A stretch of DNA of 64,000 bases. Origin: a virus. Below the pieces are notes generated by a model. It had not been told where the DNA came from. It did no database searches and was given only the letters and a program-made list of their open reading frames with translations. The stretch covers positions 1-64,000 of the IMG/VR virus record IMGVR_UViG_3300023202_000135; one strand, written 5' to 3'. A program made the translations under genes and the position numbers. Below, piece by piece: positions 1 to 9,776 of this stretch. Each line of letters opens with the position of its first letter. Within the stretch, counting starts at the first letter, position 1.

Positions 1-658
1 TGCACCGCATGCCGTTCGCGCAGACGCGGCGCTCGTTGTAATCGCAGACGTGCGTGGCGCTGTCGCCGTTGATCGCGTTTCGCACGTCAACGCCGAATCG
101 GACGATGTCGCCCACACGGGCTTCGATCTGTTCGAGGTCGTCAACGACGGTCATGCGCAGCACCGGGCCTTCGAGCCATGCGCTCGTCATCTTGAGGCCC
201 TCGCCGCCGGAGAGCACCCACTCTACGAGGTCCATATTGTCGAGGGGGGTGTAAGTGCCTTTGGAGACGATGCCGTCGATGCGCCTTGCATCCGTGTCGA
301 CGACGAGCTGTCTCTTGGCCTTGTGAAACTGGCTCTTGATCGAGTGGGCGATGACGTCCAGGGCGAGGCTCTCGTCCTCCGCGGCAAGCCGGCGGATGAA
401 GCTGACGGGCACGCCGGTGACGTGACAGAGGTCGGAGAAGGCGGCCTTGCTCAGCCGCATGTCGACGCCGTTGACGTGGCCGTCGACGTCCATCTCTTCG
501 ATGAAATCCGCGTCGAGGAGGGTGACGTCCTCCTTCTGCTTCGCGCAAGCAGCGGTGAGCTGGGCTTGGCTGTTGAAGCGGAGGCACGGGGGTGTCGGGA
601 GGTCGAATCCTTTCGGTCCACGGGGTCCGGTGTTGGCGAGGGCGGCCTTGAGGCTCAT
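1..658 (-). CDS. DUF932/DUF945-like protein, truncated by window edge
   Basis: Manual translation, not in the ORF track: AAGGAG SD, then ATG at 658, MSLKAALANTG...RFGVDVRNAINGDSATHVCDYNERRVCANGM. The RxVCxNG motif is typical of DUF932. Confidence 0.65.
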   Translation of the reverse strand, partial: MSLKAALANTGPRGPKGFDLPTPPCLRFNSQAQLTAACAKQKEDVTLLDADFIEEMDVDGHVNGVDMRLSKAAFSDLCHVTGVPVSFIRRLAAEDESLALDVIAHSIKSQFHKAKRQLVVDTDARRIDGIVSKGTYTPLDNMDLVEWVLSGGEGLKMTSAWLEGPVLRMTVVDDLEQIEARVGDIVRFGVDVRNAINGDSATHVCDYNERRVCANGMRC

Positions 659-794
659 GTGGTTCTCCTTGCTGGCCGGGCGCAGGTTGGGTTCCCGGTT
701 GGCTCCAGCGTGGTCTACTTTGCGCGTCACGCGGGGAAGTCAACAGTCATCTTCGCGTAACCCCGGTGACAAAGCGTTTTTGGGTCGCAGCCTC

Positions 795-1814
795 CTAGGC
801 CCGTCCGACCGAGGCGAGGATGCGGTCCCTGACGGTCGGCGCGCGGCGCGTAGTCATCATCTCTTCGAGGTGCGCTCGGTTCTCGTCCGGGTCCCCTTGT
901 GCGAGCGGTAGCACCGACACGCGCGGCACCACGTCGATGAGAGCGTCGTGCACAGCGGTGCTCGCGCGCATCTCCCCTGCGTCGAGGCTGACGACCACCT
1001 CTTCGAGGCCGTGGTCGACGAGGTCCGCGATCAACTGCACCTGCTCGTCGCTGATGGTCTTGCCGAGGAGCCCCCCGGCGTGGTGGTGCGCCATCACGTC
1101 GAAGGGGCCTTCGCATATCGCGATGCGCTTGCGTCCGACGAGGTCGTCGTAATTGAAGATCACGTCCTTCTTGTGGTAGTAGCCGTCCCTGTTCATCGGG
1201 TTTTTCGACTTCATCTCGTGGTCACCGCAGTAGCGCGTCGTGAAATAGACCAGCTTGCGGTTATGGAAGATGGGGAACACGAGGCGATGTCCATAATCCC
1301 CGCGGGGCGCGAAGCCGATCTTGAATCTCCGGATCTTGCCGAGGCTGATTCGACGGCGGCGGAGGTACCTGACGGCCGGCAGGAAGGCGCGCGGTTTCCG
1401 GTCCTGACGGAGAATCGGATAGAGGAGTTTCGACTCCTTCGGCAGCGCGTGCGGTAACATCGTGCCCGCCTGCCGGCCGGCGAAGAACCGTTCGATCATC
1501 GCGTCACGGATAGACTCGTGTTCGATCTCGGTGATCTCGTCTGAAAGGAGCGCGGACTCCTCGGCCAGCAGCCGCCCGCCGTTGAGCTGCTTGAACAGAG
1601 ACGTGAGGGATCGAGCGCCGAAGCCGCACCGGTAGCACACCGAGCAGCCTTTGGTGAAGTTGATCCACAGCTTCTTGCCCCCGCTCTCCGACCCGACGCG
1701 GTCGACGCAGAACGGGCAATAGAACTGGTACTCCGGTCCGGTCCCCGTCGACGCGCCGAGGCGCTGGTTGAGGTAGGTGTGTAGTCGATACGTGTTCAGC
1801 GTGCGCTTGGGCAT
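795..1814 (-). CDS. DNA primase (Zn finger + TOPRIM)
   Basis: CPFC...CYRC zinc finger and TOPRIM motifs ICEGPFD and VVVSLDA. Start moved to MPKRTLN. Confidence 0.85.
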   Translation of the reverse strand: MPKRTLNTYRLHTYLNQRLGASTGTGPEYQFYCPFCVDRVGSESGGKKLWINFTKGCSVCYRCGFGARSLTSLFKQLNGGRLLAEESALLSDEITEIEHESIRDAMIERFFAGRQAGTMLPHALPKESKLLYPILRQDRKPRAFLPAVRYLRRRRISLGKIRRFKIGFAPRGDYGHRLVFPIFHNRKLVYFTTRYCGDHEMKSKNPMNRDGYYHKKDVIFNYDDLVGRKRIAICEGPFDVMAHHHAGGLLGKTISDEQVQLIADLVDHGLEEVVVSLDAGEMRASTAVHDALIDVVPRVSVLPLAQGDPDENRAHLEEMMTTRRAPTVRDRILASVGRA

Positions 1815-1825
1815 GGCGTCGATCC

Positions 1826-2164
1826 TCAGATGGAGAGCAGTTTGTCCTTGAGCCCGGATGTCTTCTTTTTCTCCGGCCGTTTCTTGCCGTAATACTTGAA
1901 GGGCGGGACGGGTTTGTTGGTGGCTCGGTAGAGGAACCGCATCCGCTCGCGCGGATGACAATCGGACCGGTCGTTGTTCACCCACTCCAGGCACCCGGCA
2001 TCCTTGAGGAAGAACAGGGCGACCATGAGCAAGCCGTACGGCGTATCCGGAAGGTCTTCGCGGATCTCGGTGAGGAGCGCACCTTGTGGTCGCGCCTTGA
2101 CGGCCTTCATGGCTTGCCTGACCGGAGCGCCGTGGGCGAGTCGTGTCGGTTCATCGGTTGTCAT
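1826..2164 (-). CDS. hypothetical protein
   Basis: GGAGG SD before MTTDEP; ATGA overlap with the upstream gene. Confidence 0.6.
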   Translation of the reverse strand: MTTDEPTRLAHGAPVRQAMKAVKARPQGALLTEIREDLPDTPYGLLMVALFFLKDAGCLEWVNNDRSDCHPRERMRFLYRATNKPVPPFKYYGKKRPEKKKTSGLKDKLLSI

Positions 2165-2538
2165 GCTGAGTCCTCCGCGATGCGTAGGGGTGAAAGGATC
2201 GAACCCGGGCATTTGATGCCGTAGGCCTCCTCGTACGTCTCCTCCAACGCCTCAGCTAGGTCGACGGTAGCCGCCTGGATATGCCGAAGGGCGTCGTGGA
2301 GGATCTCGTGGTCCGCGTCGTCCGAATCGTACGCCTCTCCGGATTCGCGGCGTCGACGGATAGCGTTGAGGTCATTGACGAGGTCGTTGTGCGTGGCGTG
2401 CAGGTCGAGGAGGTCGTTCCGATAATCCTCGACCGCCTCCTTCCACGGATCTTCGATGAACGCGCGGACCTCCTCCGGGGACGGGTGGTTCGCGCGTCGG
2501 ACGACTTCGCCGGTTTTGAAGCTGATGATCTCACCCAT
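2161..2538 (-). CDS. hypothetical acidic helical protein
   Basis: MGEIISFKTG start overlaps the helicase stop; tightly packed. Confidence 0.6.
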   Translation of the reverse strand: MGEIISFKTGEVVRRANHPSPEEVRAFIEDPWKEAVEDYRNDLLDLHATHNDLVNDLNAIRRRRESGEAYDSDDADHEILHDALRHIQAATVDLAEALEETYEEAYGIKCPGSILSPLRIAEDSA

Positions 2539-4051
2539 CGTTCGGCACCTTCGTAGTAGGTTTTGTTTTCTTTTTGCGCGTCGGCTTCGGCTTGACGCCG
2601 ATCTTCTGTTTGCGCTTGGCCGGCGGCCTCTTGGTCTGCTTGATCCCCGCACCTTCCTTGAGGTTGTCAGCGGCTTTCGACGTCGACGTCTTGACCTTCG
2701 GCGCCGTCTCGCGGTGTTCCGCCTTTACCTTGACCGGGTTGTAAGCCGGGTCGAACAAGCCATCGGTCTTGATCCGGCAGAGCTTGCGGTTCACGTTGCA
2801 CTCGACCGTTACACCCATCTCGCTGTGACGCATCGCCATCGCGAAGAGCCGGGCGCGCTGTTGGATCATTTCCTCGTCGGTCTGGCAGAGTGCCCAAGCT
2901 GCGTCGACGATCGCAGCGATGCCGCGACTATCGCGGAAGTCGGCCATCGTGAGCGTCTCCTTCTCGAACGCCCCGGTCGTTGCCTGCGCGCCGGTCCACA
3001 TGGCGACGTTGTACTCCGAGGCAAGGGCGCGCAGCGACCGGTATATCTCGTCGAGGACGAGGTCATCGCGGCCAACGGTCGGCGGTCGCTTCATGAGGGC
3101 CGCGTAGTCGACGATCACGAGGTCCGGACGGAACCCGTCTTGGATCAAGATGTCCAAGTGGTTCGCGATCATGTTGGCGTCGGGCTGCCCCTCCCGGTAG
3201 CGCTGCGTAATCAGCTCCCCGAAGATGAACTTGTTCACTCGCGATTCGAGGAGGTCGACGTACTGATGCGGGTCCATGGTCTTAATGTTAACGTGCTTGC
3301 CCATGAGTCGGTCATCGTACCGCTCGGCCACTTCCTCCTTGTCCATCTCCATGGAATAATGCACGACGTTCAGACCATCGGTATTGGTCAACGCGCCGAA
3401 CCCGATGTTGATTAACGTCGTGGTCTTGCCGCGCTTCGGCGGTGCGAGAATCACGCCCAGGTGCCCGCGCGCGAGGCCCCCCGACATTGCGCCGTCGATG
3501 TGCTCCAACCCGGTCGGGATACGTTCGTGCATCGCAGCGGGGTCGAGATACCACGGCCGGCGACCGCGGACGTCGCGACGATAGAAGCGGCCGATGTCGG
3601 TGATGTCCGTGCCGACGCGCAGCGCATCTTGCACCCGAGGTAGGATCTTCTCGGTCGTCCCCTTGTCGATGAAGTCGCCGCTGTCGATGACCGCGTTGAC
3701 GAGCGCTTGGGTCTTTCCGAACTCGATCGCAAGATCCATCACGCCGCGCGCGTCGTCGATCTCCATCTCCGCCATCGACTTGATGGACTTCTCGACCTGC
3801 TTCGCGGTCGCCTCGTTGACCTCGGGGCGCGCGACTTCGACCAGTGTATCGGGGCTGGGTAGTTGGCGGGTCTTGTCGACGTACGCAAGCAGAGCCTTCG
3901 CACTGACCTTGAGCACATTGGACGTGAAGAACGTGTGGTCCATCACGCCGCGGTGCGCAAGCAAAAACCCGGGATGGCGCATGGCCACGGCCAGAATGCG
4001 TTTCTGGTAATCCTCCCCAAACCGCTCGCCGTAGGTTCCCTCGTCAGACAC
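2531..4051 (-). CDS. replicative DnaB/gp41-like (SF4) helicase
   Basis: Walker A APPKRGKT, YSMEM, Walker B VIVDY, WTGAQ. Confidence 0.9.
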   Translation of the reverse strand: MSDEGTYGERFGEDYQKRILAVAMRHPGFLLAHRGVMDHTFFTSNVLKVSAKALLAYVDKTRQLPSPDTLVEVARPEVNEATAKQVEKSIKSMAEMEIDDARGVMDLAIEFGKTQALVNAVIDSGDFIDKGTTEKILPRVQDALRVGTDITDIGRFYRRDVRGRRPWYLDPAAMHERIPTGLEHIDGAMSGGLARGHLGVILAPPKRGKTTTLINIGFGALTNTDGLNVVHYSMEMDKEEVAERYDDRLMGKHVNIKTMDPHQYVDLLESRVNKFIFGELITQRYREGQPDANMIANHLDILIQDGFRPDLVIVDYAALMKRPPTVGRDDLVLDEIYRSLRALASEYNVAMWTGAQATTGAFEKETLTMADFRDSRGIAAIVDAAWALCQTDEEMIQQRARLFAMAMRHSEMGVTVECNVNRKLCRIKTDGLFDPAYNPVKVKAEHRETAPKVKTSTSKAADNLKEGAGIKQTKRPPAKRKQKIGVKPKPTRKKKTKPTTKVPNDG

Positions 4052-4955
4052 CGATCGACCCCCGAGCCAACTGGTCGCGCATGCGCGAGTTCATCCGTTT
4101 GCGTCGACGTTCGCGCACGATGTGCGCAGGCTCGTGACGCCCGGCCAGGAAGTCCGCGAGGTGGCCCCACTCAAAGCGTTGCTCGGTGAACGTGATCCGG
4201 GACGGTAGCCCGGGTTCGTACATGTGCGCGACGCTGCATGCGGCTTCAAGGCGCAGGACGTAGAGCCTTCGCGGGTCGTCCCTATGGTACTCGAACCACG
4301 TGTCCGATGCCAGCGTCAGCTCGGCAGCGTCAGCGGGTGACAAAGTGACACCCTCGATCCGATCCGCCGCGATCAACGACCCGATCTCACGCTCATCGTC
4401 GAGCACCGCCTTGTCGGCCATGCGCTGATCGGTGCTTGCGGTCATCGCGTCGTGCGTGGTCCGGTTGTACCGCATGCCGTGCAACGTGACGACGCGGTTG
4501 AACCGATCCTTGGCCTTCGGCGTCGGGACCAACATGCTGCGCGCCTGGAACCCTGCGCGAGCATAGACCTGATTGCCGCGTTCGGTGAGCGCGAACATGT
4601 GTGCGGCGATCCAGTCCTGCAAGTCGATCGACTCCTCCGCGCAGTACGCCGCAGCGCGGTCGATCGCGGCCTTGTTCCGTGCGGAGGTTCGACGCCGGGA
4701 CGGTCGCGCACCGAAGTACGTCTCGTGCAAGTCAGCATAGGCCTCGAACGGATCGGAAACCGGTGCGGGCTTCCGTGTCAGGTCATCGCGTTCGTCACGG
4801 GCGAGTTGTTCGAGCGAACGGTACTTGCGCCACCGGGCCGAGGCTTTGGCGCAGCGCGGGGCGTACGAGCATTCGACGCAGTCTTCGCGCGATGAGCGAT
4901 AGGTGAGTCCGTAGCATGTTGGCCGATCGGTTCGGGGTGCTGGATCACGCCGCAT
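4044..4955 (-). CDS. hypothetical protein with N-terminal Cys cluster
   Basis: CYG...CVECSYAPRC; directly upstream of the helicase with overlapping ends. Start uncertain. Confidence 0.6.
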   Translation of the reverse strand: MRRDPAPRTDRPTCYGLTYRSSREDCVECSYAPRCAKASARWRKYRSLEQLARDERDDLTRKPAPVSDPFEAYADLHETYFGARPSRRRTSARNKAAIDRAAAYCAEESIDLQDWIAAHMFALTERGNQVYARAGFQARSMLVPTPKAKDRFNRVVTLHGMRYNRTTHDAMTASTDQRMADKAVLDDEREIGSLIAADRIEGVTLSPADAAELTLASDTWFEYHRDDPRRLYVLRLEAACSVAHMYEPGLPSRITFTEQRFEWGHLADFLAGRHEPAHIVRERRRKRMNSRMRDQLARGSIGV

Positions 4956-5190
4956 CGCCCAACCCCTCCGCTTCGATCGAAGCGAGACCGCGCTCAAGCG
5001 CGACGCGCATCACGTCAGACGCGTCCTTGCCCGGGTGTCGACGTTCGATGTCGTCGATCCATCGGGCGATGGTTTGCGGCAAGCGGAGGGACCGGCGAGG
5101 TCCGGGTTCGACTTCGAGAGGGCGACCGCCCTTTCGCTTCGCGCAGCGAGTTACCGTGCGCGGTGCATTCCGGGTCTTGGTTGTTGACAT
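4945..5190 (-). CDS. ribbon-helix-helix-like small DNA-binding protein
   Basis: GGRP...RRSLRLPQTIARWIDD...SDVMRVALERGL fits the RHH pattern; AAAGGA SD; promoter just upstream. Confidence 0.6.
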   Translation of the reverse strand: MSTTKTRNAPRTVTRCAKRKGGRPLEVEPGPRRSLRLPQTIARWIDDIERRHPGKDASDVMRVALERGLASIEAEGLGDAA

Positions 5191-5214
5191 GCGACGTCCT
5201 TTCAGCCGGCCCGG

Positions 5215-5244
5215 ATCATAGGGGGGTACCGGTGGGGATGTCAA
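5215..5244 (-). promoter_or_regulatory. sigma70-like promoter
   Basis: TTGACA-N18-TATGAT in an intergenic gap. Confidence 0.7.
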
Positions 5245-5266
5245 CACCGGGTTTTCGAGTGCAAAA

Positions 5267-6841
5267 TCAAAACAGCGAAATCGCTGCCTCGGGAATCATG
5301 GGTGATTCCGGAGGCGGCCAATCCTCGACCAATGTCACCGCGTGACCTTCGCTCTCGTAGGCTTCGGCGCGAGCGAGTGCATGTTCCAAAAGTTTTTTGT
5401 GGCACGTCGGCGCGAAGTCGACGACAAGCACGTCGTCGAATCCCTTGTCACGTCGCATGCTTCGTCCGAGACGCTGGAGCACGTTGGTCACGGACTTCAC
5501 GCCTTCGGCAAGAACAAGCGCGTCGATTCCGTTGACGTCTTCGCCCTCGTCCCAAATCGTAGTTGCGACCACACAGTTCGCCGTGCCCTCGCCCATGAGT
5601 TTCTTGACGAGGTTCCGGTCCGGTGTCGCTGTGTCACCCCACACCGCGTAATGCTTCACGCCGAACTCTTCGAGCAGCAGGTGCAGCCGGTTCCAGTGAT
5701 CCTTTCGACGGCAGAGCACGAGCGTCTGCCGCCCCTTGACCTCGGTGAGATACTGGACGGCGCGGACCACGCTCCGGTTGTGCGTGTCGTTCTCGATAAT
5801 CCCCTCGACGTAGGCATCGTGGTAGGGCATCTCGGATTCGTAGTGGTTCCCCTTTCGGCTGACCTTGATGACCTTCGGCAGTATCCGGCCTGACGCGTTG
5901 TCGCTCATGACCATCGCGATGCGCGGCCGTGCCGTGAGCCCTAAGTCGACGAGCGCGTCGGTGTCGACCTCGTAGATAATCTCCCCGGTCGCTGCGCGGA
6001 TACGCGTGTCGCTCAACTCCTCGTTCTTGAACGGCGTCGCGCTGAGGCCCCACCGCAGCATGGCGCCGCTCGCCATCCCGATCTCGTACCAGGAGTCCGA
6101 CGATGAGTGGTGCGCTTCATCGAGCATGAGCACCTCGAAGTTCTCGACGATGTCGCGGTACTCCGCGTCGCCGGGGACGATCTTGCCCTTGCGCTTGTGT
6201 GGTCGGAAGTGGTTCAGCGATTGCGCGGTCGCCACGATGATGTCGCCATCGGTCTCGCGCTTCCCGTCACCGATCTGTCCGACGAGGATGTCGCCTTGGT
6301 AGAATCCACAGAACGTCTCGACGGTCTGCGCGGCGAGACCCTTCTTCGACGTCACGATAAGCGAGCGCCAATTCTTCTCCTCCCACAGGTACCGGGCGAG
6401 CGCGGCCATGACGGCGGTCTTCCCGCCCCCGGTCGGGATGCGGACGATCCCACGCGGGCTCTCGAACATGGCCATGATCGCCTCGTACTGGTGATCCCAA
6501 AACTCGCCAGTGAACTTCCCGTGCGCCGGCAGGTAGTCACGGCCCATCCAGCTCGTGTCGATCTCCCCGATGTCCGGCGTCTCGATCGTGACGTCGTGAC
6601 CGGCGGCGTTGAACCATAGCTTCGCGCGCTCGCAGAGACCGGCGGGGAATGCGCGCCCGTTGAACAACGGGATCCGACCATCCCATCGTTGCTCGCGGAA
6701 CGCGCGCATGTGGTTCCGGTTCGGGTCGAGCGGGTTGGCGACGTCCTGCATGCACGACAGGATCTTCCCGATGCTGCAACCCGCGACGGTTGCCCACGCC
6801 CCTTTCACGCTGAGCGTGACCGGCGGCGGAGATTTACTCAT
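5267..6841 (-). CDS. SF2 DNA helicase, UvsW-like
   Basis: WDGRIPLF N-terminal motif, PTGGGKT, DEAHH, GLSATP, QRLGRSMR. Confidence 0.88.
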   Translation of the reverse strand: MSKSPPPVTLSVKGAWATVAGCSIGKILSCMQDVANPLDPNRNHMRAFREQRWDGRIPLFNGRAFPAGLCERAKLWFNAAGHDVTIETPDIGEIDTSWMGRDYLPAHGKFTGEFWDHQYEAIMAMFESPRGIVRIPTGGGKTAVMAALARYLWEEKNWRSLIVTSKKGLAAQTVETFCGFYQGDILVGQIGDGKRETDGDIIVATAQSLNHFRPHKRKGKIVPGDAEYRDIVENFEVLMLDEAHHSSSDSWYEIGMASGAMLRWGLSATPFKNEELSDTRIRAATGEIIYEVDTDALVDLGLTARPRIAMVMSDNASGRILPKVIKVSRKGNHYESEMPYHDAYVEGIIENDTHNRSVVRAVQYLTEVKGRQTLVLCRRKDHWNRLHLLLEEFGVKHYAVWGDTATPDRNLVKKLMGEGTANCVVATTIWDEGEDVNGIDALVLAEGVKSVTNVLQRLGRSMRRDKGFDDVLVVDFAPTCHKKLLEHALARAEAYESEGHAVTLVEDWPPPESPMIPEAAISLF

Positions 6842-6959
6842 CGCGTCCCCTTCTTGCGGGTCACTTTGCCACTCGTTCCCGGTCTGCTCGCGGCGACAGC
6901 CGCGACCGACGAGCGCAGCGAGTCGGGGAACAGTCGCATGTACTCACTTCGTTCGTACA

Positions 6960-7150
6960 TGCTTCCTGTTCGCTGTTCTATCATAGAGCTTCTCCGTACA
7001 TGTATTACCCTATCTCTAAATCTATACACTATGACCCTGGGCGCCATTGAGCCTGGGCCCCCTCCGGCCAATGGCGCATTGCGCCCTCCGGCCGATGGAC
7101 CATCGGCCCTATGCGCCATTGGTCCTAGGGCCCTATGGCCCGGTTCGGGC
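6960..7150. repeat. AT-rich tract followed by short direct and inverted repeats (candidate replication origin)
   Basis: GCGCCATTG at 7041 and 7113 and inverted at 7069; CCTCCGGCC x2; GGCCCTATG x2; GGCCGATGG/CCATCGGCC hairpin. Confidence 0.4.
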
Positions 7151-7223
7151 GCGCGCGTTAGATCGCTCATCGTAGTTGTCAACAGGGGTCTTTTCATGGG
7201 TCAATCCGCCGGTGACAAAGAGT

Positions 7224-9554
7224 TTAAGCCGGGCCCTCCATGAAATACTTGCGCATGAAGGCAACGCGTTCCGCCTGCGTGTGCAACTTCGAGTAGAAGA
7301 TCATCGTGTTCAACCGGGCAAGTTCGCGGTTCGCTTTGCCTTCGATCACCTCACGGGGCAGTACGTTGTCGAGATTCTCGCCGTACGCAATCACCTCCGT
7401 CGTCTTACCGGTGAACGCGGGGCACACTTCCCACACCTCGGTCTTCTTCTCGATCGCGCGGAGCTGTCGCTTGAGGGCAATGAGGCCGAGGTCGAACTTC
7501 ACGGCTGTTCGCTCGGGGTTGTCGATCCCCACGTCGACGGTGTCGTCGTCCTCCGGCATGAGCGGGGACAGCTCGCGAACGTGCTCGATGATCGACACCT
7601 GACGAGGCGTCAGCGCCTCCATATCGAATCCCGTCCACATGCACGAGCGGCAGCGAAGGAGGATGCCGCTTGGTGCGTAGGTGCGCTTCACCAGCCCATA
7701 GGCGTCGAGCGTGGAGAGCACGCCGCCGATCGCGCTGGGATCGAGCGACTTTTCCGGAAGCCCTGCGTACTCCTCGACCTCACCTGCCATGTCCTTCGCG
7801 GTCAGCTTGAGGAGCTGCCCGTGCGGGTGCTCGTGAAGGTACTCCCACACCTTCTCGTAGTAATCGTACTCCGGGTTGGCGCGCTTCCAAAAACCGAGAT
7901 GCAACTCCTCGGCGTATTCGTCTTGCAGCAGGATCACGTCGGCCGGCTTGCCATCGCGACCTGCCCGCCCGGCTTCCTGCGTATAATCCTCCAGCGACCC
8001 GGGGATGCCGAAGTGGACAACGGCGCGGATGTCGGGGATGTCGATGCCCATGCCGAAGGCGTTGGTCGCGACGATAATTGGCTTCGTTCCTGCTCGGAAC
8101 TTCTCCTGGATTATGGTTCGGTCGGCCTTGGTCAGGCCCGCGTGATAAACGCCGACCTGCTTCGGGCCCACGACCTCCTCGATTTGCTCGGCAACCTTCT
8201 CGGATCCATTGCGCGTACCGACGTAGACGATGTAACGTCCGGTGTCGGTGTCCCATTGGTCGGACAGTGTGCGGATGTTAGCCCACGGGTACCCGAACCG
8301 GCACTGGTAGGAGAGGTTCGGTCGGATCGGGTCACCGATCACGCGCACGTAGTCGTCTGGATCCATGCCGACCGCCTGCACAACATCGGTCTCGATGTCA
8401 GCAGTAGCTGTGGCGGTGACGGCGACCACAGGCGGGCGCTGTCCTCGCTTCGTGAGCGCGCGGGTCATATCCTTTATGCGCATGTAGGCCGGACGGAAGT
8501 CGTGCCCCCAGCGGCTCGCGCAGTTGTGATTGAGGACCCCACCTGCGAAGTAGTTATGGAACCCGGCGATGGTTAGCGCGACGACAACTCGATTGTCTCG
8601 ACCACTCTCGTCGTCTCGTTCATGATCTCCTGGTTCCAGAACCTCAACACGGCCCACCCTTTGCCAGAAAGCTCCTCCGTCTTCCGTTTGTCCCGCGCCT
8701 GCACTGCGTACGCATGGTGACTCGGACCGTCGCACTCCACCGCTAACATCATTACTTTTCTGCGCGTCTTCCGTCGAAGTTCCGCGCTGCATCCCGGGCT
8801 GCATGTTTTGGTTCGCCGGGCATTCGGGTGGAACGGGTCGCCGTAGAACAAGCAATTCCTCTCCTCCATGGATCTCGCGCGCGGCGACATACCCCCGACC
8901 TTTCACGAACAATGGGTGATCGTCGGTGAGGGTAACGCCCCCATCGGGCGTCGCGATGCGTAGTAGCTTCCGCCTTCCGACGCGCTTCACTTGGACCTGC
9001 TGAACTGTCCCGTTCACGACGCGATTACCGTCCCACGATGACACCACGTCACCCGGGGAGAGGTCTTCGATCGGTATTGAGCCGCTCGGGGTGTCGATCA
9101 GCGTTCCTACCGGGTGACAGTGCGCTTCATCGACGACGATGTAGCTGACCTTCGTGCGCATGAGGGCGCGCCGGAACATTCGCGATCGGAGACGCTCGGG
9201 GGCGACGTACATGATGTCGAGTTTGCCTACCTCCATGCGGAAGAGGCGCTTCTCGATCTCTTGCTCAGTGCAGTGCGAGTTGATGAACGAGGCCTTGACG
9301 TCGCGCTCCGCGCATTGGTCGCACTGATCCTTCATGAGTGCGATCAGCGGGCTCACCACGATCGCGCACCCGCCCGACAGGATGGCCGGGATTTGGAAGC
9401 ATACGCTCTTGCCGCTGCCGGTGGGTAGTACGGCGAGGACGTCCTTACCGGCGAGGGCGGCTTCGACGACCGGAACCTGCCCTTTTCGGAAGTCGTCGTA
9501 TCCCCAGCGGTCTTGGAGGACGCTGCGCGCGTCGTCCAGGGTCAATGTGCTCAT
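7224..9554 (-). CDS. recQ: RecQ-family helicase containing an intein
   Basis: LPTGSGKSVCFQ, SPLIALMKDQ, DEAH[intein]CASRWGHDFRPAY, ATNAFGMGID, QEAGRAGRDG. Confidence 0.9.
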   Translation of the reverse strand: MSTLTLDDARSVLQDRWGYDDFRKGQVPVVEAALAGKDVLAVLPTGSGKSVCFQIPAILSGGCAIVVSPLIALMKDQCDQCAERDVKASFINSHCTEQEIEKRLFRMEVGKLDIMYVAPERLRSRMFRRALMRTKVSYIVVDEAHCHPVGTLIDTPSGSIPIEDLSPGDVVSSWDGNRVVNGTVQQVQVKRVGRRKLLRIATPDGGVTLTDDHPLFVKGRGYVAAREIHGGEELLVLRRPVPPECPANQNMQPGMQRGTSTEDAQKSNDVSGGVRRSESPCVRSAGAGQTEDGGAFWQRVGRVEVLEPGDHERDDESGRDNRVVVALTIAGFHNYFAGGVLNHNCASRWGHDFRPAYMRIKDMTRALTKRGQRPPVVAVTATATADIETDVVQAVGMDPDDYVRVIGDPIRPNLSYQCRFGYPWANIRTLSDQWDTDTGRYIVYVGTRNGSEKVAEQIEEVVGPKQVGVYHAGLTKADRTIIQEKFRAGTKPIIVATNAFGMGIDIPDIRAVVHFGIPGSLEDYTQEAGRAGRDGKPADVILLQDEYAEELHLGFWKRANPEYDYYEKVWEYLHEHPHGQLLKLTAKDMAGEVEEYAGLPEKSLDPSAIGGVLSTLDAYGLVKRTYAPSGILLRCRSCMWTGFDMEALTPRQVSIIEHVRELSPLMPEDDDTVDVGIDNPERTAVKFDLGLIALKRQLRAIEKKTEVWEVCPAFTGKTTEVIAYGENLDNVLPREVIEGKANRELARLNTMIFYSKLHTQAERVAFMRKYFMEGPA
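8523..9119 (-). mobile_element. intein (199 aa) inserted after DEAH of RecQ
   Basis: Starts CHPVGTLIDT, block B TDDHPLF, ends HNYFAGGVLNHN followed by C+1. Confidence 0.92.
8573..8869 (-). pseudogene. DUF559/Vsr-like endonuclease remnant in an alternative frame inside the intein
   Basis: LAVECDGPSH...ARDKRKTEELSGKGWAVLRFWNQEI; degenerate Zn finger (CLFY..., CSPGC); central part appears deleted. Confidence 0.7.
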
Positions 9555-9618
9555 GTTGTTCTCCGTTCGAGTGTCAGCAGCCGCCTTCTGGCGGTAGCCC
9601 TGTGTCCCGTTGGCGCGA

Positions 9619-9650
9619 ATTGTAGTGGTATTTTCCTCGGGTCACGCGAA
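9619..9650 (-). promoter_or_regulatory. putative promoter upstream of RecQ
   Basis: TTCGCGTGACC-N15-TACAAT with ACCAC before the -10; same layout as 14214-14245. Confidence 0.5.
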
Positions 9651-9662
9651 AAAATCGGCGCG

Positions 9663-9690
9663 AAAAAACCCCCGTGCACTCACACGGGGG
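9663..9690 (-). terminator. intrinsic terminator
   Basis: CCCCCGTG-TGAGTG-CACGGGGG followed by T6. Confidence 0.85.
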
Positions 9691-9776
9691 CGGCCCAGGT
9701 ACCCTTAAACCTCACTCCAAGGAGACTCTCCGGGCCTCGGTACTCGATTGTCGTTGCGTCACCGCTCACGCAAGCA

